Assembly: GCA_021820975.1 (NCBI GenBank)
Contig: JAKADA010000008.1
Coordinates: 2,621-66,620 of the forward strand
Direction: 5' to 3'
Source: Bacillota bacterium
Lineage (GTDB): Bacteria; Bacillota; Bacilli; Alicyclobacillales; SLC66
DNA length: 64,000 nt
The position numbers were made by a program, and so were the translations under genes. Positions within the stretch are counted from its first letter, which is position 1. Each line of letters starts with the position of its first letter. This document shows positions 32,507 to 41,591 of this stretch, in pieces. Below the pieces are notes generated by a model. That model worked only from the letters and a program-made list of their open reading frames with translations, was not told where the DNA came from and ran no database searches.

Positions 32507-33180
32507 GAATGAGATCCCCTTAGTGTATAACCCACACCCCGAATCGTGTGGATGATAGGTCCTTGCAATGCTGCTAGGCGTTTTCGCAAGTGATGTACAT
32601 ACGTATCAAGCACGCCTTCTAGGACATCCGCTTCGTAACCCCAGACAGCATCCATCATTTGCTGGCGCGTCAAAACCTGTCCTGCATGGCGAATCAACAT
32701 CTCGAGGATCTGAGCCTCTTTAGGTGATAAGATATTTTCCTGATCGTGAAGTTTTACCGTACGCGTGATGAGATCAAAGTATAAATCATCAAACGTTAAG
32801 GACTGATCAGGTACAAAGTCAGACGGACGACGCGATAAGGCACGCACACGTGCAATCAATTCCTCTGTGGCAAACGGTTTAACGAGATAATCATCTGCTC
32901 CAGCATTTAAGCCTTCGACTCTATTTTCTACGGAATCTTTAGCTGTCAGCATTAAGATAGGTGTCGTGATACTTCGCTCACGGATTTGCTGAACGATCTG
33001 GATACCGCTCATGGAAGGAAGCATCCAATCAAGAACAATGGCATCGTACGGCACGGTTGTTGCAAGGAGCAATCCTTCTTCTCCATCGACGGCCATGTCG
33101 ACTTGAAAATGTTCCTCTTGTAGAAGTCGCACTAGGGCTTGGGCAAGGCTGACCTCATCTTCTACAATTAGTACTCGCAT
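32503..33180 (-). CDS. OmpR-family response regulator
   Basis: Receiver (MRVLIVEDE...DWMLP) plus winged-helix C-terminus (VHHLRKRL...IHTIRGVGY). Overlaps the kinase start. Confidence 0.92.
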   Translation of the reverse strand: MRVLIVEDEVSLAQALVRLLQEEHFQVDMAVDGEEGLLLATTVPYDAIVLDWMLPSMSGIQIVQQIRERSITTPILMLTAKDSVENRVEGLNAGADDYLVKPFATEELIARVRALSRRPSDFVPDQSLTFDDLYFDLITRTVKLHDQENILSPKEAQILEMLIRHAGQVLTRQQMMDAVWGYEADVLEGVLDTYVHHLRKRLAALQGPIIHTIRGVGYTLRGSHS

Positions 33181-33246
33181 GACCCAATCCCCCTCCTATA
33201 TTGTTTACCATAGCATATCGCACATCACTTGTGTGTAGTCATAAAA

Positions 33247-33274
33247 AGGACGTCAGAAGAAAGTCTGACGTCCT
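33247..33274 (-). terminator. Terminator after the MFS gene
   Basis: 11-bp stem AGGACGTCAGA / TCTGACGTCCT with a T-run on the minus strand. Confidence 0.75.
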
Positions 33275-33305
33275 TGATGGATCATGATCTGCTAGGCTCC
33301 AGTTA

Positions 33306-34748
33306 TTACCGCGTCACAGGAGCATGACCATCGTTGAGCACGTTAACTTCAGCATCAAGCGCTTCAAACGAAAGATCAGTTCCAGCTTCTTCTAGGCTAA
33401 TATTTGCAGTTTCACGTCCCCAGACAACGATCGGCATGGCTAGCACCAAAAGGGCAATAGCAATTCCTTCAAAGATAACTTGGTTGCCATATAGCGCAAG
33501 AATAACCGGAATGAAAAAGATCGTTGCCACACCACTAACAACGCGAGCTGTCATTTCGTTGAGATAAACGCCTTGCCCACGAAGACGTGTCGGATATTGT
33601 TCAGCAACGGCCAGTTTCGAGACAGGGAACACGCCAAGTCCAAAAAAGGATGTCAGAAAACCAGCGACTAAGATTAAATCGGGGTTCTGTGTTAGACCAA
33701 ATAAGGCACAACCAACGGCTGCTAAAAAGAAGTAGACGGTGAGTACAGGACGGCGTCCAAAATGCTCTGCGACGTAACCTTGAACAATAGAACCAACGCC
33801 TGCTGTACCCATCATTAAGCCAATATCGATAATTGAGCTTCCGGAGCCAAATCCACGTGACATGAGCAGTACTGGACCAAAAACCTGAAGGATATAAAAC
33901 AGCACAAGGGCACCCGTAAGCTGAGCTGTGGCAATGATTCCACGCTTAAGATACGGCGAAGATGCAAGTGCGCGCCAAGTGGGTTTGACGTTTTCCCCTT
34001 TTTGAATAACAGCGAGCGCCCGTTTATTAACCAATGATACATCATGAGGCAGACCTGCCTCGTTTTCTAATTTTTCCACGAGGCGTACCACTTCATCGCG
34101 ACGATGATGTTTTAGCAAAAAACGAGGTGATTCTGGTAACCATAAAGCTAAAGGAACGATTAACAAGAGTGGAATGCCACCAAGTAAGAAGGGAATGCGC
34201 CACGCAATATCTGCAGAAAATGCGTGCAGTGCCCATGCTCCAACTAAGTTTGGAATCAGGTAAGCCGCTGTAAGAATTCCGTTTGCATAGCCAACACTAA
34301 CGGCACGGCGTTTGGTGCGAACAAACTCCGATAGAAACAAGTACGGCATCGGTAAGACGGCGCCTTCGCCCAAACCGGCAAGAAAACGAATCGCAAGCAA
34401 AGTATGGAAATTGGATGCGAACGTTCCGATTAGCGTGAGCACGGAGAAAAATCCGATGCCCCATAAAACAGCCCGCTTGCGACCCATACGGTCGGCGATG
34501 ATGCCCGCGGGTATCATACCAAGAACGACACCGAGTGTTGATGCAATACCGAGTAGTCCTTGCTGTGCAGCGGTTAAATCCCATGACTTTTTCAAAATGG
34601 TGATAACCGTCCCTACAATGCCTATATCAAATGCTTCAGCTAGCCATACTAAGGCAAGAAGGACGAGAATCCCGATGACTGATTTGGTCATGGGCATGCG
34701 GTCAAGACGTGCGAGTAAATTCTCATCTTCATATAGGGTTCGTTGCAT
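33306..34748 (-). CDS. MFS transporter (metabolite/sugar-porter-like)
   Basis: 480 aa, 12 TM, D-R-x-G-R-K-R loop (ADRMGRKR). Confidence 0.85.
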   Translation of the reverse strand: MQRTLYEDENLLARLDRMPMTKSVIGILVLLALVWLAEAFDIGIVGTVITILKKSWDLTAAQQGLLGIASTLGVVLGMIPAGIIADRMGRKRAVLWGIGFFSVLTLIGTFASNFHTLLAIRFLAGLGEGAVLPMPYLFLSEFVRTKRRAVSVGYANGILTAAYLIPNLVGAWALHAFSADIAWRIPFLLGGIPLLLIVPLALWLPESPRFLLKHHRRDEVVRLVEKLENEAGLPHDVSLVNKRALAVIQKGENVKPTWRALASSPYLKRGIIATAQLTGALVLFYILQVFGPVLLMSRGFGSGSSIIDIGLMMGTAGVGSIVQGYVAEHFGRRPVLTVYFFLAAVGCALFGLTQNPDLILVAGFLTSFFGLGVFPVSKLAVAEQYPTRLRGQGVYLNEMTARVVSGVATIFFIPVILALYGNQVIFEGIAIALLVLAMPIVVWGRETANISLEEAGTDLSFEALDAEVNVLNDGHAPVTR

Positions 34749-34788
34749 CGTGAGATCACTCCTTTATGATGGTGTGAAACGGGTGTAC

Positions 34789-36000
34789 CTAATGAGTTTC
34801 TGACACACTTGTACGTGTATGACCGATCACCCACCCTTTTTTCTCCGTTTTTTGGCCAACGATATAGCTGAGATACGGAATGTGGGCAATAATTCGTGCT
34901 AATAAGATGGATACGCCATACACGAAAAGGATCGCAAAGGGCAACATGAGCAATCGCTCAGCGTTTGATGTGTGTAGACTGTAAACAAAAAGTTCGAGAT
35001 AATGCAAGATAATGGGGTGAATCAAGAACACGCCAAACGATGCAGCGGCAGCCACTTTGACAAAACTTGAAAACCATTGAATATGGGGTTTTAACCGTGC
35101 ATTTGCCCACTTAGAGCCCAGTTTCCAGAGGGTCAAAGTAACCACTAGGCTATAAGGAATCATGATCGGTTGTAATACTAATACGAGCATGTTTTCATCG
35201 GCATGAAAGACCGTACGATCTATCGCTTGATTCGTCCACAAAAGGATAAGCATAATTGCAAAGCCTCCGTAGACAAGCCAAGGTCGGCTGTTGAAAAAAG
35301 CTTTGATTTGTTGATAGTGTGCAGCTACGATCGCACCACTAACAAACCAAAATTGATAGGTAAGGATATTGCGATCCCGATAGAAGATGAGTGTGCCAAG
35401 CCAACCGGGCAAATGAGAAATATTCATTGTCTCAAGGTAGGTTTGATTGATCCACATGAAGACCACTTCAAGAACAAAGCTGATAAGAAAGACCCAGCCA
35501 TGGTATTTTTCCAGTTTGCGCATCAAGGGAACAAACAATGGAAATAAGATGTACAATTGCATCGAGATAACCAAATAATAGAGATAGAATTGATTACCAG
35601 TCGCAATACTGACAAGATACGTCGTTATAACATGCAATGGTGCCCAATCGAAGTTGTTCAGATAAGTTCCTGTAAAGAGTAGATAGATAAGGGTAAAAGC
35701 TAGGTATGGGATGATGATCAGTTTAAAGCGTTTGCCCCAAAAATTGAGGGCATGTATGGGTTTATGGTAGTACACAATAAAAAGAACTAAGCCAGTAATA
35801 AACATGAATGCTTCACGTGTAAAGTGTAAAGCTACTAAAGCCACATCAAATCCAATGCGAGTGGGTGTCGTCGGTGAAGAAAATAAATTAAAAAAAGAGA
35901 TGACATGAACGCAAAGTACGCCCAAAATAATAAAAGCTCTCATAAGATCTACTTCATAAAGGTGTTCTTTTGCTCGTCGTGTTGTCTTTGTCTGTTCCAT
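34789..36000 (-). CDS. Acyltransferase-3 family integral membrane protein
   Basis: 403 aa, about 10 TM. N-terminal EVDLMRAFIILGVLCVHV block typical of AT3 (OatA/YfiQ-like). Confidence 0.8.
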   Translation of the reverse strand: MEQTKTTRRAKEHLYEVDLMRAFIILGVLCVHVISFFNLFSSPTTPTRIGFDVALVALHFTREAFMFITGLVLFIVYYHKPIHALNFWGKRFKLIIIPYLAFTLIYLLFTGTYLNNFDWAPLHVITTYLVSIATGNQFYLYYLVISMQLYILFPLFVPLMRKLEKYHGWVFLISFVLEVVFMWINQTYLETMNISHLPGWLGTLIFYRDRNILTYQFWFVSGAIVAAHYQQIKAFFNSRPWLVYGGFAIMLILLWTNQAIDRTVFHADENMLVLVLQPIMIPYSLVVTLTLWKLGSKWANARLKPHIQWFSSFVKVAAAASFGVFLIHPIILHYLELFVYSLHTSNAERLLMLPFAILFVYGVSILLARIIAHIPYLSYIVGQKTEKKGWVIGHTRTSVSETH

Positions 36001-36049
36001 ATCAGCACTCCTTCCATGACACTATCATAAAAGGAGATGTTTAAACTTA

Positions 36050-36092
36050 TCTTAAAGCGGTAAAAGAAAGATTCTTTAAGACGTCTTTAAGA
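36050..36092. promoter_or_regulatory. Repeated TCTTTAAGA motif in a divergent promoter region
   Basis: TCTTAAAG (36050-36057), TCTTTAAGA (36073-36081) and TCTTTAAGA (36084-36092), just upstream of a CATAAT -10-like hexamer. Confidence 0.35.
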
Positions 36093-36138
36093 GTTTTGGA
36101 GCATAATCGAAATACTTGCTAGGAATGGAGCGGTTACT

Positions 36139-37704
36139 ATGTCAGAGCTCGTCTTACAGTTGGTTCAACAACTACAAGCAGATGAACCGCGCGTTTTCTT
36201 TAAAGATCATTTTTATTCATCGCTTGATCTGAAAAAAGACACTGCAAAAGTTCAGGCTTCTCTGCGCAAAGCAGGAATACTGCCAGGACAGCGAGTCTTG
36301 TTGTCTGAAATAAATTCTTATGGGTTTTTAGCTGCGTACCTTGGAATTTTGCTACATGGCTGTATCGTGGTTCCTGTGAACCCGTTGATGCCATCACCGG
36401 AATTATCTAAAGTCATGGCGCGAGCTTCGGTTCACGGTGCGGTGGTATCGCATCAGCTTTTGCCTTATGTTAAAGAAGTAAAAGATGTTCCGCTCAAGTT
36501 TGTTGCGAGTATTTTAAACGATGAAGAACAATTTTCGTTGTCTTATAGTACGATGGAGGGCGATGCTTGGGTAACGCATGATACGCAGGAATTGCCTGAG
36601 GAATTACAATATGAAACGATCCAAGCTGATGATGGTGCTATTTTACTGTATACATCGGGCACGACCGGCACGCCAAAAGGTGTATTATTAACTCATGGTC
36701 AGATCATGGCCACGGCAAATCATGTCATTGCGGCGCATCGTTTAACGCGAAACGATATATGCTATGCTTTTTTGCCTTTGTTTCACGTCAATGCTCAAGT
36801 CATTGGCTTTCTGTCTACTCTTTTAAGTGGCGGGAAAATGATCCTTGATAAAAAATTTAGTGCATCACGCTTCTGGAAGACTGTAAGTGAACAGCAAATT
36901 ACGTGGGTGTCTGCAGTGCCTACCGTCATCGCCATTTTGCTTAAGTCAGATACAGATATTATCTATCCACATCATGTACGCTTTGTGCGATCTGCATCGG
37001 CTCCTCTGCCAGAACTTCATGCTAAGCAATTTGAGGAACGTTTTGGACTTGCTGTGATCGAGTCTTACGGTATGACAGAAGCAGCAAGCCAGATTTGCGT
37101 TAATCCAGTCCCGCCTGGTGTACGCAAATTAGGCTCGGTTGGATTGCCTGCAGGAGTGGATGTGGCGATAAAAGATAGCGACGGTAAATCGCTTCTTCCT
37201 TTTGAAGTTGGTGAGATTGCCATTCGCGGTGATAGTATTGTTACATCGTATGAATCAGGTGATACATCTGGAACGAGTTTTCGTTCGGGTTGGTTTTATA
37301 CTGGTGATATTGGCTATAAGGATGACGAGGGTTATGTGTATATCACAGGGCGTAGTAAGGAAATGATCAATCGTGCAGGGCAAAAGATCACGCCTCGTGA
37401 AGTGGAGGAAGTGATCGGGCAAGATGATATGGTGCAATCTGTTGCAGTTATTGGCTTGCCTGATGAAATGTATGGCGAAAAAGTTGCGGCGTACATTGTG
37501 CCTAAGACTTTTGCATCCATGGAAGTGGACGCTCTGGTTCAACGCTTAAAAGAGAAATGCAAGCAAACCATTTCCGCTTACAAGTGTCCGGCTGAATATC
37601 ATGTGATCGATGAAATACCTGTCGGACCTACGGGTAAAATTCAACGGACTCGTCTAAAACAACAAGTACTGGCTGAAAACACGATGTGTTTGGGATCAGT
37701 ATAA
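36139..37704 (+). CDS. AMP-dependent acyl-CoA synthetase/ligase
   Basis: YTSGTTGTPKG, TGD and GKIQR adenylate-forming motifs; 521 aa. Confidence 0.85.
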   Translation: MSELVLQLVQQLQADEPRVFFKDHFYSSLDLKKDTAKVQASLRKAGILPGQRVLLSEINSYGFLAAYLGILLHGCIVVPVNPLMPSPELSKVMARASVHGAVVSHQLLPYVKEVKDVPLKFVASILNDEEQFSLSYSTMEGDAWVTHDTQELPEELQYETIQADDGAILLYTSGTTGTPKGVLLTHGQIMATANHVIAAHRLTRNDICYAFLPLFHVNAQVIGFLSTLLSGGKMILDKKFSASRFWKTVSEQQITWVSAVPTVIAILLKSDTDIIYPHHVRFVRSASAPLPELHAKQFEERFGLAVIESYGMTEAASQICVNPVPPGVRKLGSVGLPAGVDVAIKDSDGKSLLPFEVGEIAIRGDSIVTSYESGDTSGTSFRSGWFYTGDIGYKDDEGYVYITGRSKEMINRAGQKITPREVEEVIGQDDMVQSVAVIGLPDEMYGEKVAAYIVPKTFASMEVDALVQRLKEKCKQTISAYKCPAEYHVIDEIPVGPTGKIQRTRLKQQVLAENTMCLGSV

Positions 37705-37720
37705 ACAAGGGGAATTTACG

Positions 37721-38467
37721 ATGTCTAAAACGATTCGACTCACATCGCTGCTCCTATTTGTGTTGTCTTTTGTTGTGATTTTTATGACAGGTGGACTCGC
37801 AAAGCTCATACCAAACGCTAGTCAGCAAAGTAACAAAAAGCATGCACCGATCGCACCGATTCGCGTTATGACTGTTGGATCATCGGTGGCAGAGGGTTGG
37901 GTGGATACGGAGGGCGGTTATCTGGCGCGTGGGTTTGCTACATTATCTGCACAAACAGATCATGCGTATACGGTGATTCGCAGGGCAAAAGCAGGTGATA
38001 CGTCAACAAAGATCGCTGCTCAATACAGCAATTGGCTAAAAACGGTGCATCCACAAGTGGTCGCTTTGTCATGGGGCGGCCTTGATGATGCTAATGCAAA
38101 AACGCCGATGGCGCAATATGATAAAGCAATACATAATCAAATTGCCTTGGCCCTATCGCATCATGCAGTTGTTATTGTTGTAACCCCTCCTGTCACGCGA
38201 GCGTCTTACACGCAATATCGAGTACAGGAGGCTGCATACTTGGATCGAGAAATGGCTATTGCTCGATCTTTTCATAGCCCCAATGTTGTAGTATGTGATG
38301 TATTTGACCAAATGAAAGCCTATCTCGTAGCGCATCATCAAACCTACGTACCTTATATGGCGGATGGATGGCATCCTAACAGTCGTGGTCATATTTTAGG
38401 TGGACAATTACTGTCACAAGACTTACTAGCTCATTACGGCCAAAAAGCGATATCGTTTCATGGCTGA
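37721..38467 (+). CDS. Membrane-anchored SGNH/GDSL-family hydrolase
   Basis: N-terminal TM/signal anchor. Block I VMTVGSSVAEGW and block V DGWHPN. Confidence 0.75.
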   Translation: MSKTIRLTSLLLFVLSFVVIFMTGGLAKLIPNASQQSNKKHAPIAPIRVMTVGSSVAEGWVDTEGGYLARGFATLSAQTDHAYTVIRRAKAGDTSTKIAAQYSNWLKTVHPQVVALSWGGLDDANAKTPMAQYDKAIHNQIALALSHHAVVIVVTPPVTRASYTQYRVQEAAYLDREMAIARSFHSPNVVVCDVFDQMKAYLVAHHQTYVPYMADGWHPNSRGHILGGQLLSQDLLAHYGQKAISFHG

Positions 38468-38470
38468 TGA

Positions 38471-39853
38471 TTGGATAAGAGGGAAGGACATACAGTGGAT
38501 TTAACAGGTTCCGTGATTCGAAATATAGCATTTCCACTTATGGAAAAAGTGAAGGGTAATCATATTCGGAAAAATCTTCGGGAATTAAGAGACTCACAGT
38601 CAATTTCGCGAGACGAACTGAAAAAGTTGCAAAAAGATCGCCTGCGGCAACTTTTGCAACATTCTGTCACACACGTCCCTGCTTACCGTGAGTTCGCTTC
38701 TCTGATGCCTTTGATTGAACAAGATCCGCTCTTGGCTTTAGCGCGGTTTCCGGTTTTGTCGAAGGATGCCTTTCGTGAAGATACTGAAAAGTACTTTTCC
38801 GAAACAGCCGATAGGAGTCAGTGCATTCTTAATCGAACTGGCGGCTCTACGGGTAAACCGTTAACCTTTTATATGGACAGGCATACGGTAGAATACTATG
38901 AGGCTGCACGTTATCGTGGACTCTCTTGGTCTAATATTCGTATAGGCGATCCCTGCGTCATGATTTGGGGTTCTCCCATTGAGCTATCTCAACAAGCGCA
39001 AAGAAAGCAACGTATGAAGGAACGGCTTTTAAAAAATCGCATCGTGATCCCAGCTTTTAACTTACGTAAAGAGCAACTTCTTGAATATGTAAAAACCATT
39101 GAATCTTTTCGACCTGTTTATATCTACGGATGGGCGACCGCATTGGCGTTGTTTGCAAGCTTTATGCTAGAAAAGAACATCAAGTTGTCTATTCCCTTAA
39201 AGGCTGTCGTTAACACGGCGGAAACACTTTATCCTCACCAACGCGAGTTAATTGAACAGGCTTTTTCATGCCCTGTTATCAATGAGTACGGTGCTCGTGA
39301 TGGTGGTATCATCGGTTATGAGTGTTCACACGGACACTTACATGTATCCATGGAAAATGCGGTTTATGAGGTTGTTGACATAAAAACATTACAACCTGTT
39401 GAGCCAGGGCAAAAAGGGTTGATACTTGTTACTGATTTACATAATTATGTGATGCCTCGATTGCGATATCAATTGGGCGATGTGGTTGCCATGGCAAGTG
39501 AACCAGCATCATGTGGGCTTACGCTTCCTGTTCTTGAAAGCATTGAGGGAAGAGAGAACGATACATTTCTTGCTCTGGATGGCTCTTTTATTAATGGTCA
39601 GTTTTTTACCAACGTAGCGAGAACCCTTTCTTCGATTAAGCAATTTCAAGTTGTTCAACAAACACCTAATGAAGTTGTGTTGCGGCTTGTCAATCACGAA
39701 GGTTTAAAGCAAGAGGATATTGAAGCGTTTAAGATGGGCATAATCAACCGTATGGGCGAGGTTATGATACATGTTGAATGTGTTAATGAAATCGCACCAG
39801 CTGACTCAGGGAAGGTTCGTGCTGCCATTCGCAATTTTGCGTTGCAACGATAG
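38471..39853 (+). CDS. Phenylacetate-CoA ligase / coenzyme F390 synthetase-like adenylating enzyme (CapK-like)
   Basis: TGGSTGKP motif and PaaK/CapK-like length (460 aa). The exact start is uncertain. Confidence 0.75.
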   Translation: MDKREGHTVDLTGSVIRNIAFPLMEKVKGNHIRKNLRELRDSQSISRDELKKLQKDRLRQLLQHSVTHVPAYREFASLMPLIEQDPLLALARFPVLSKDAFREDTEKYFSETADRSQCILNRTGGSTGKPLTFYMDRHTVEYYEAARYRGLSWSNIRIGDPCVMIWGSPIELSQQAQRKQRMKERLLKNRIVIPAFNLRKEQLLEYVKTIESFRPVYIYGWATALALFASFMLEKNIKLSIPLKAVVNTAETLYPHQRELIEQAFSCPVINEYGARDGGIIGYECSHGHLHVSMENAVYEVVDIKTLQPVEPGQKGLILVTDLHNYVMPRLRYQLGDVVAMASEPASCGLTLPVLESIEGRENDTFLALDGSFINGQFFTNVARTLSSIKQFQVVQQTPNEVVLRLVNHEGLKQEDIEAFKMGIINRMGEVMIHVECVNEIAPADSGKVRAAIRNFALQR

Positions 39854-39866
39854 AATGTTATTTTAT

Positions 39867-39890
39867 GGGCGCCATGTGGCGCCCTTTGCA
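39867..39890 (+). terminator. Terminator after the CapK-like gene
   Basis: GGGCGCC atgt GGCGCCC followed by TTTGCATGTATTT. Confidence 0.7.
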
Positions 39891-39907
39891 TGTATTTGAA
39901 AATGTGA

Positions 39908-40000
39908 TTATTTTTTACGTCCACGCATCACAAAATAGACGATGCCCACTATAACAATGATGGCAATAATAAGATACCGTATGGTATGCCCTCCGATCAC
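39908..40000 (-). CDS. Candidate 30-aa single-TM peptide (below the ORF-track cutoff)
   Basis: GTG start 6 nt after a GGAGGT RBS (40007-40012). Translation (M)IGGHTIRYLIIAIIVIVGIVYFVMRGRKK*. Confidence 0.4.
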   Translation of the reverse strand: MIGGHTIRYLIIAIIVIVGIVYFVMRGRKK

Positions 40001-40072
40001 TTGATTACCTCCTTTTTTTAATCACTGTTGAACGAATCTACTATACTATGAAACGACAAAATAAACACCTGC

Positions 40073-40101
40073 TTGTCAGGATGAAGGGTAATTTGTATAA
40101 T
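40073..40101 (+). promoter_or_regulatory. SigA-type promoter TTGTCA-17-TATAAT with no downstream + strand gene
   Basis: TTGTCA 40073-40078, 17-nt spacer, TATAAT 40096-40101. Confidence 0.5.
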
Positions 40102-40106
40102 ATCTT

Positions 40107-40216
40107 GGAAGCGCTTGCATGAAGATGGCTTTGTTAGCGCAGAGAGAGAAATGCAGTTGCGCAGGACCATCAGGGGGATGCACAAAAAAACCGGAGGGAT
40201 TAACCTCCGGTTTTTT
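40107..40216 (+). ncRNA. Candidate about 110-nt small RNA (orphan promoter-to-terminator unit)
   Basis: Bounded by the promoter above and the bidirectional terminator at 40191-40216. Its only ORF (33 codons) has a weak RBS and runs through the terminator hairpin. Confidence 0.3.
40191..40216. terminator. Bidirectional terminator (panD and + strand transcript)
   Basis: A7 - CCGGAGG gattaa CCTCCGG - T6. Confidence 0.85.
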
Positions 40217-40595
40217 ATAATTCATTTAGTTTGTGTGATTCGATACGTGTAATCCGATTGCTTTGATCAACATGAACGATATGAGATGTTGTATTTTCAT
40301 ATTCTTCATCTGTCATTTCACAAAGTGACAAAATAATGACGAGATCTGTTGGTTGAAATAAGCGCGCCGGTGGACCGTTTAGACAAATCGTTCCAGATCC
40401 TGCTTCAGCAGGAATAGCGTAAGTGCGCCATAACGTGGCATTGGCAACGTTAGTGACTTGTACCATCTCATACGGTCTGATATCGGCTGCATCCATCAGG
40501 GCGCGATCAATCGTGATGCTTCCTACATAGTCCAACCGAGCCTCAGTGACGGTGGCGCGATGAATTTTGCCTTTGCAAATCGTCCTTAGCAACAA
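40215..40595 (-). CDS. panD: Aspartate 1-decarboxylase
   Basis: KGKIHRATVTEARLDYVGSITID (pyruvoyl-forming G-S site); 126 aa; TTG start. Confidence 0.93.
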   Translation of the reverse strand: MLLRTICKGKIHRATVTEARLDYVGSITIDRALMDAADIRPYEMVQVTNVANATLWRTYAIPAEAGSGTICLNGPPARLFQPTDLVIILSLCEMTDEEYENTTSHIVHVDQSNRITRIESHKLNEL

Positions 40596-40631
40596 GACAC
40601 TTCCTTAAAATCATAATTAAATTCTATAAGT

Positions 40632-41591
40632 CTATTGTATCACAAATTCCGAAAAATCGCGTGCCAGGGTTACCTCAGGAAAGATGGAATTGGTTTCTTG
40701 TAAAAGTGATTCTTCTTGATTGGTGTAGCGTGTGCTTACATGTGTCAAAATGAGCTGTGATGCCTGTAATGAACGTGCCATGTAAGCCACCTCCGCTGTT
40801 GTACTATGCCCGCTAAGTTTGGCGAGTGGTTGTTGATCTTGTGAAAAAGTCGCTTCATGTACGATGAGGTCAAGATAATGTAGAAACGGTGGGGTGTAAT
40901 CCAAGGGGCGCGAATCACCAAAAATAGCAAATTTCTTACCAACAAGAGGGGTATCCGTCATGTCGCGACCATCAACGATATGCCCGTCTGGTAACGTGAT
41001 TTGTTCTCCTTTTTTTAGGGTTGCATAGAGCGGGCCGGGGGGGACACCGAGAGCTTGTGCTCGTTCTGGGTGAAATTGTCCTTTTTTATCAGTTTCGTAC
41101 ATGACGTAAACCAAACTTTCTATTGTATGGTTAAGATGATATGCCTGACATAAAAGAGGGCGATGTGATCGAGGGTACAAAGTAAAGAATCCCTGTTGAT
41201 TATAGATTTGAGAGGGGAATTGACCATTATTTTGAACTTCTTCGATAATGACATCATAACGCAGATGAGTTTGCGTGATTTTTAATGAGTGATCAAGATA
41301 ATCAGCAATTCCTGAAGGTCCAAATACATGTAATGGTGTTAGACCTCCGGTTAATGACCTTGTAGCAAGTAGACCTGGTAATCCAAAGATGTGATCACCA
41401 TGTAAATGCGTGATGAAGATATGAGAAATGTGTTGTATAGCCATTCCGCCACGCATGATTTGTTGTTGTGTACCCTCTCCACAATCAAACAACCAAGTTT
41501 CTTTTCCTTGATCAAATTGTAAGAGTAAAGCTGATACATTTCTAGTTGGCGACGGCGTTCCCGCCCCGGTCCCTAAAAATAACAATTTCAT
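40632..41591 (-). CDS. rnz: Ribonuclease Z
   Basis: MKLLFLGTGAGTPS and metallo-beta-lactamase HLHGDH motif. Start set at ATG 41591. Confidence 0.9.
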   Translation of the reverse strand: MKLLFLGTGAGTPSPTRNVSALLLQFDQGKETWLFDCGEGTQQQIMRGGMAIQHISHIFITHLHGDHIFGLPGLLATRSLTGGLTPLHVFGPSGIADYLDHSLKITQTHLRYDVIIEEVQNNGQFPSQIYNQQGFFTLYPRSHRPLLCQAYHLNHTIESLVYVMYETDKKGQFHPERAQALGVPPGPLYATLKKGEQITLPDGHIVDGRDMTDTPLVGKKFAIFGDSRPLDYTPPFLHYLDLIVHEATFSQDQQPLAKLSGHSTTAEVAYMARSLQASQLILTHVSTRYTNQEESLLQETNSIFPEVTLARDFSEFVIQ

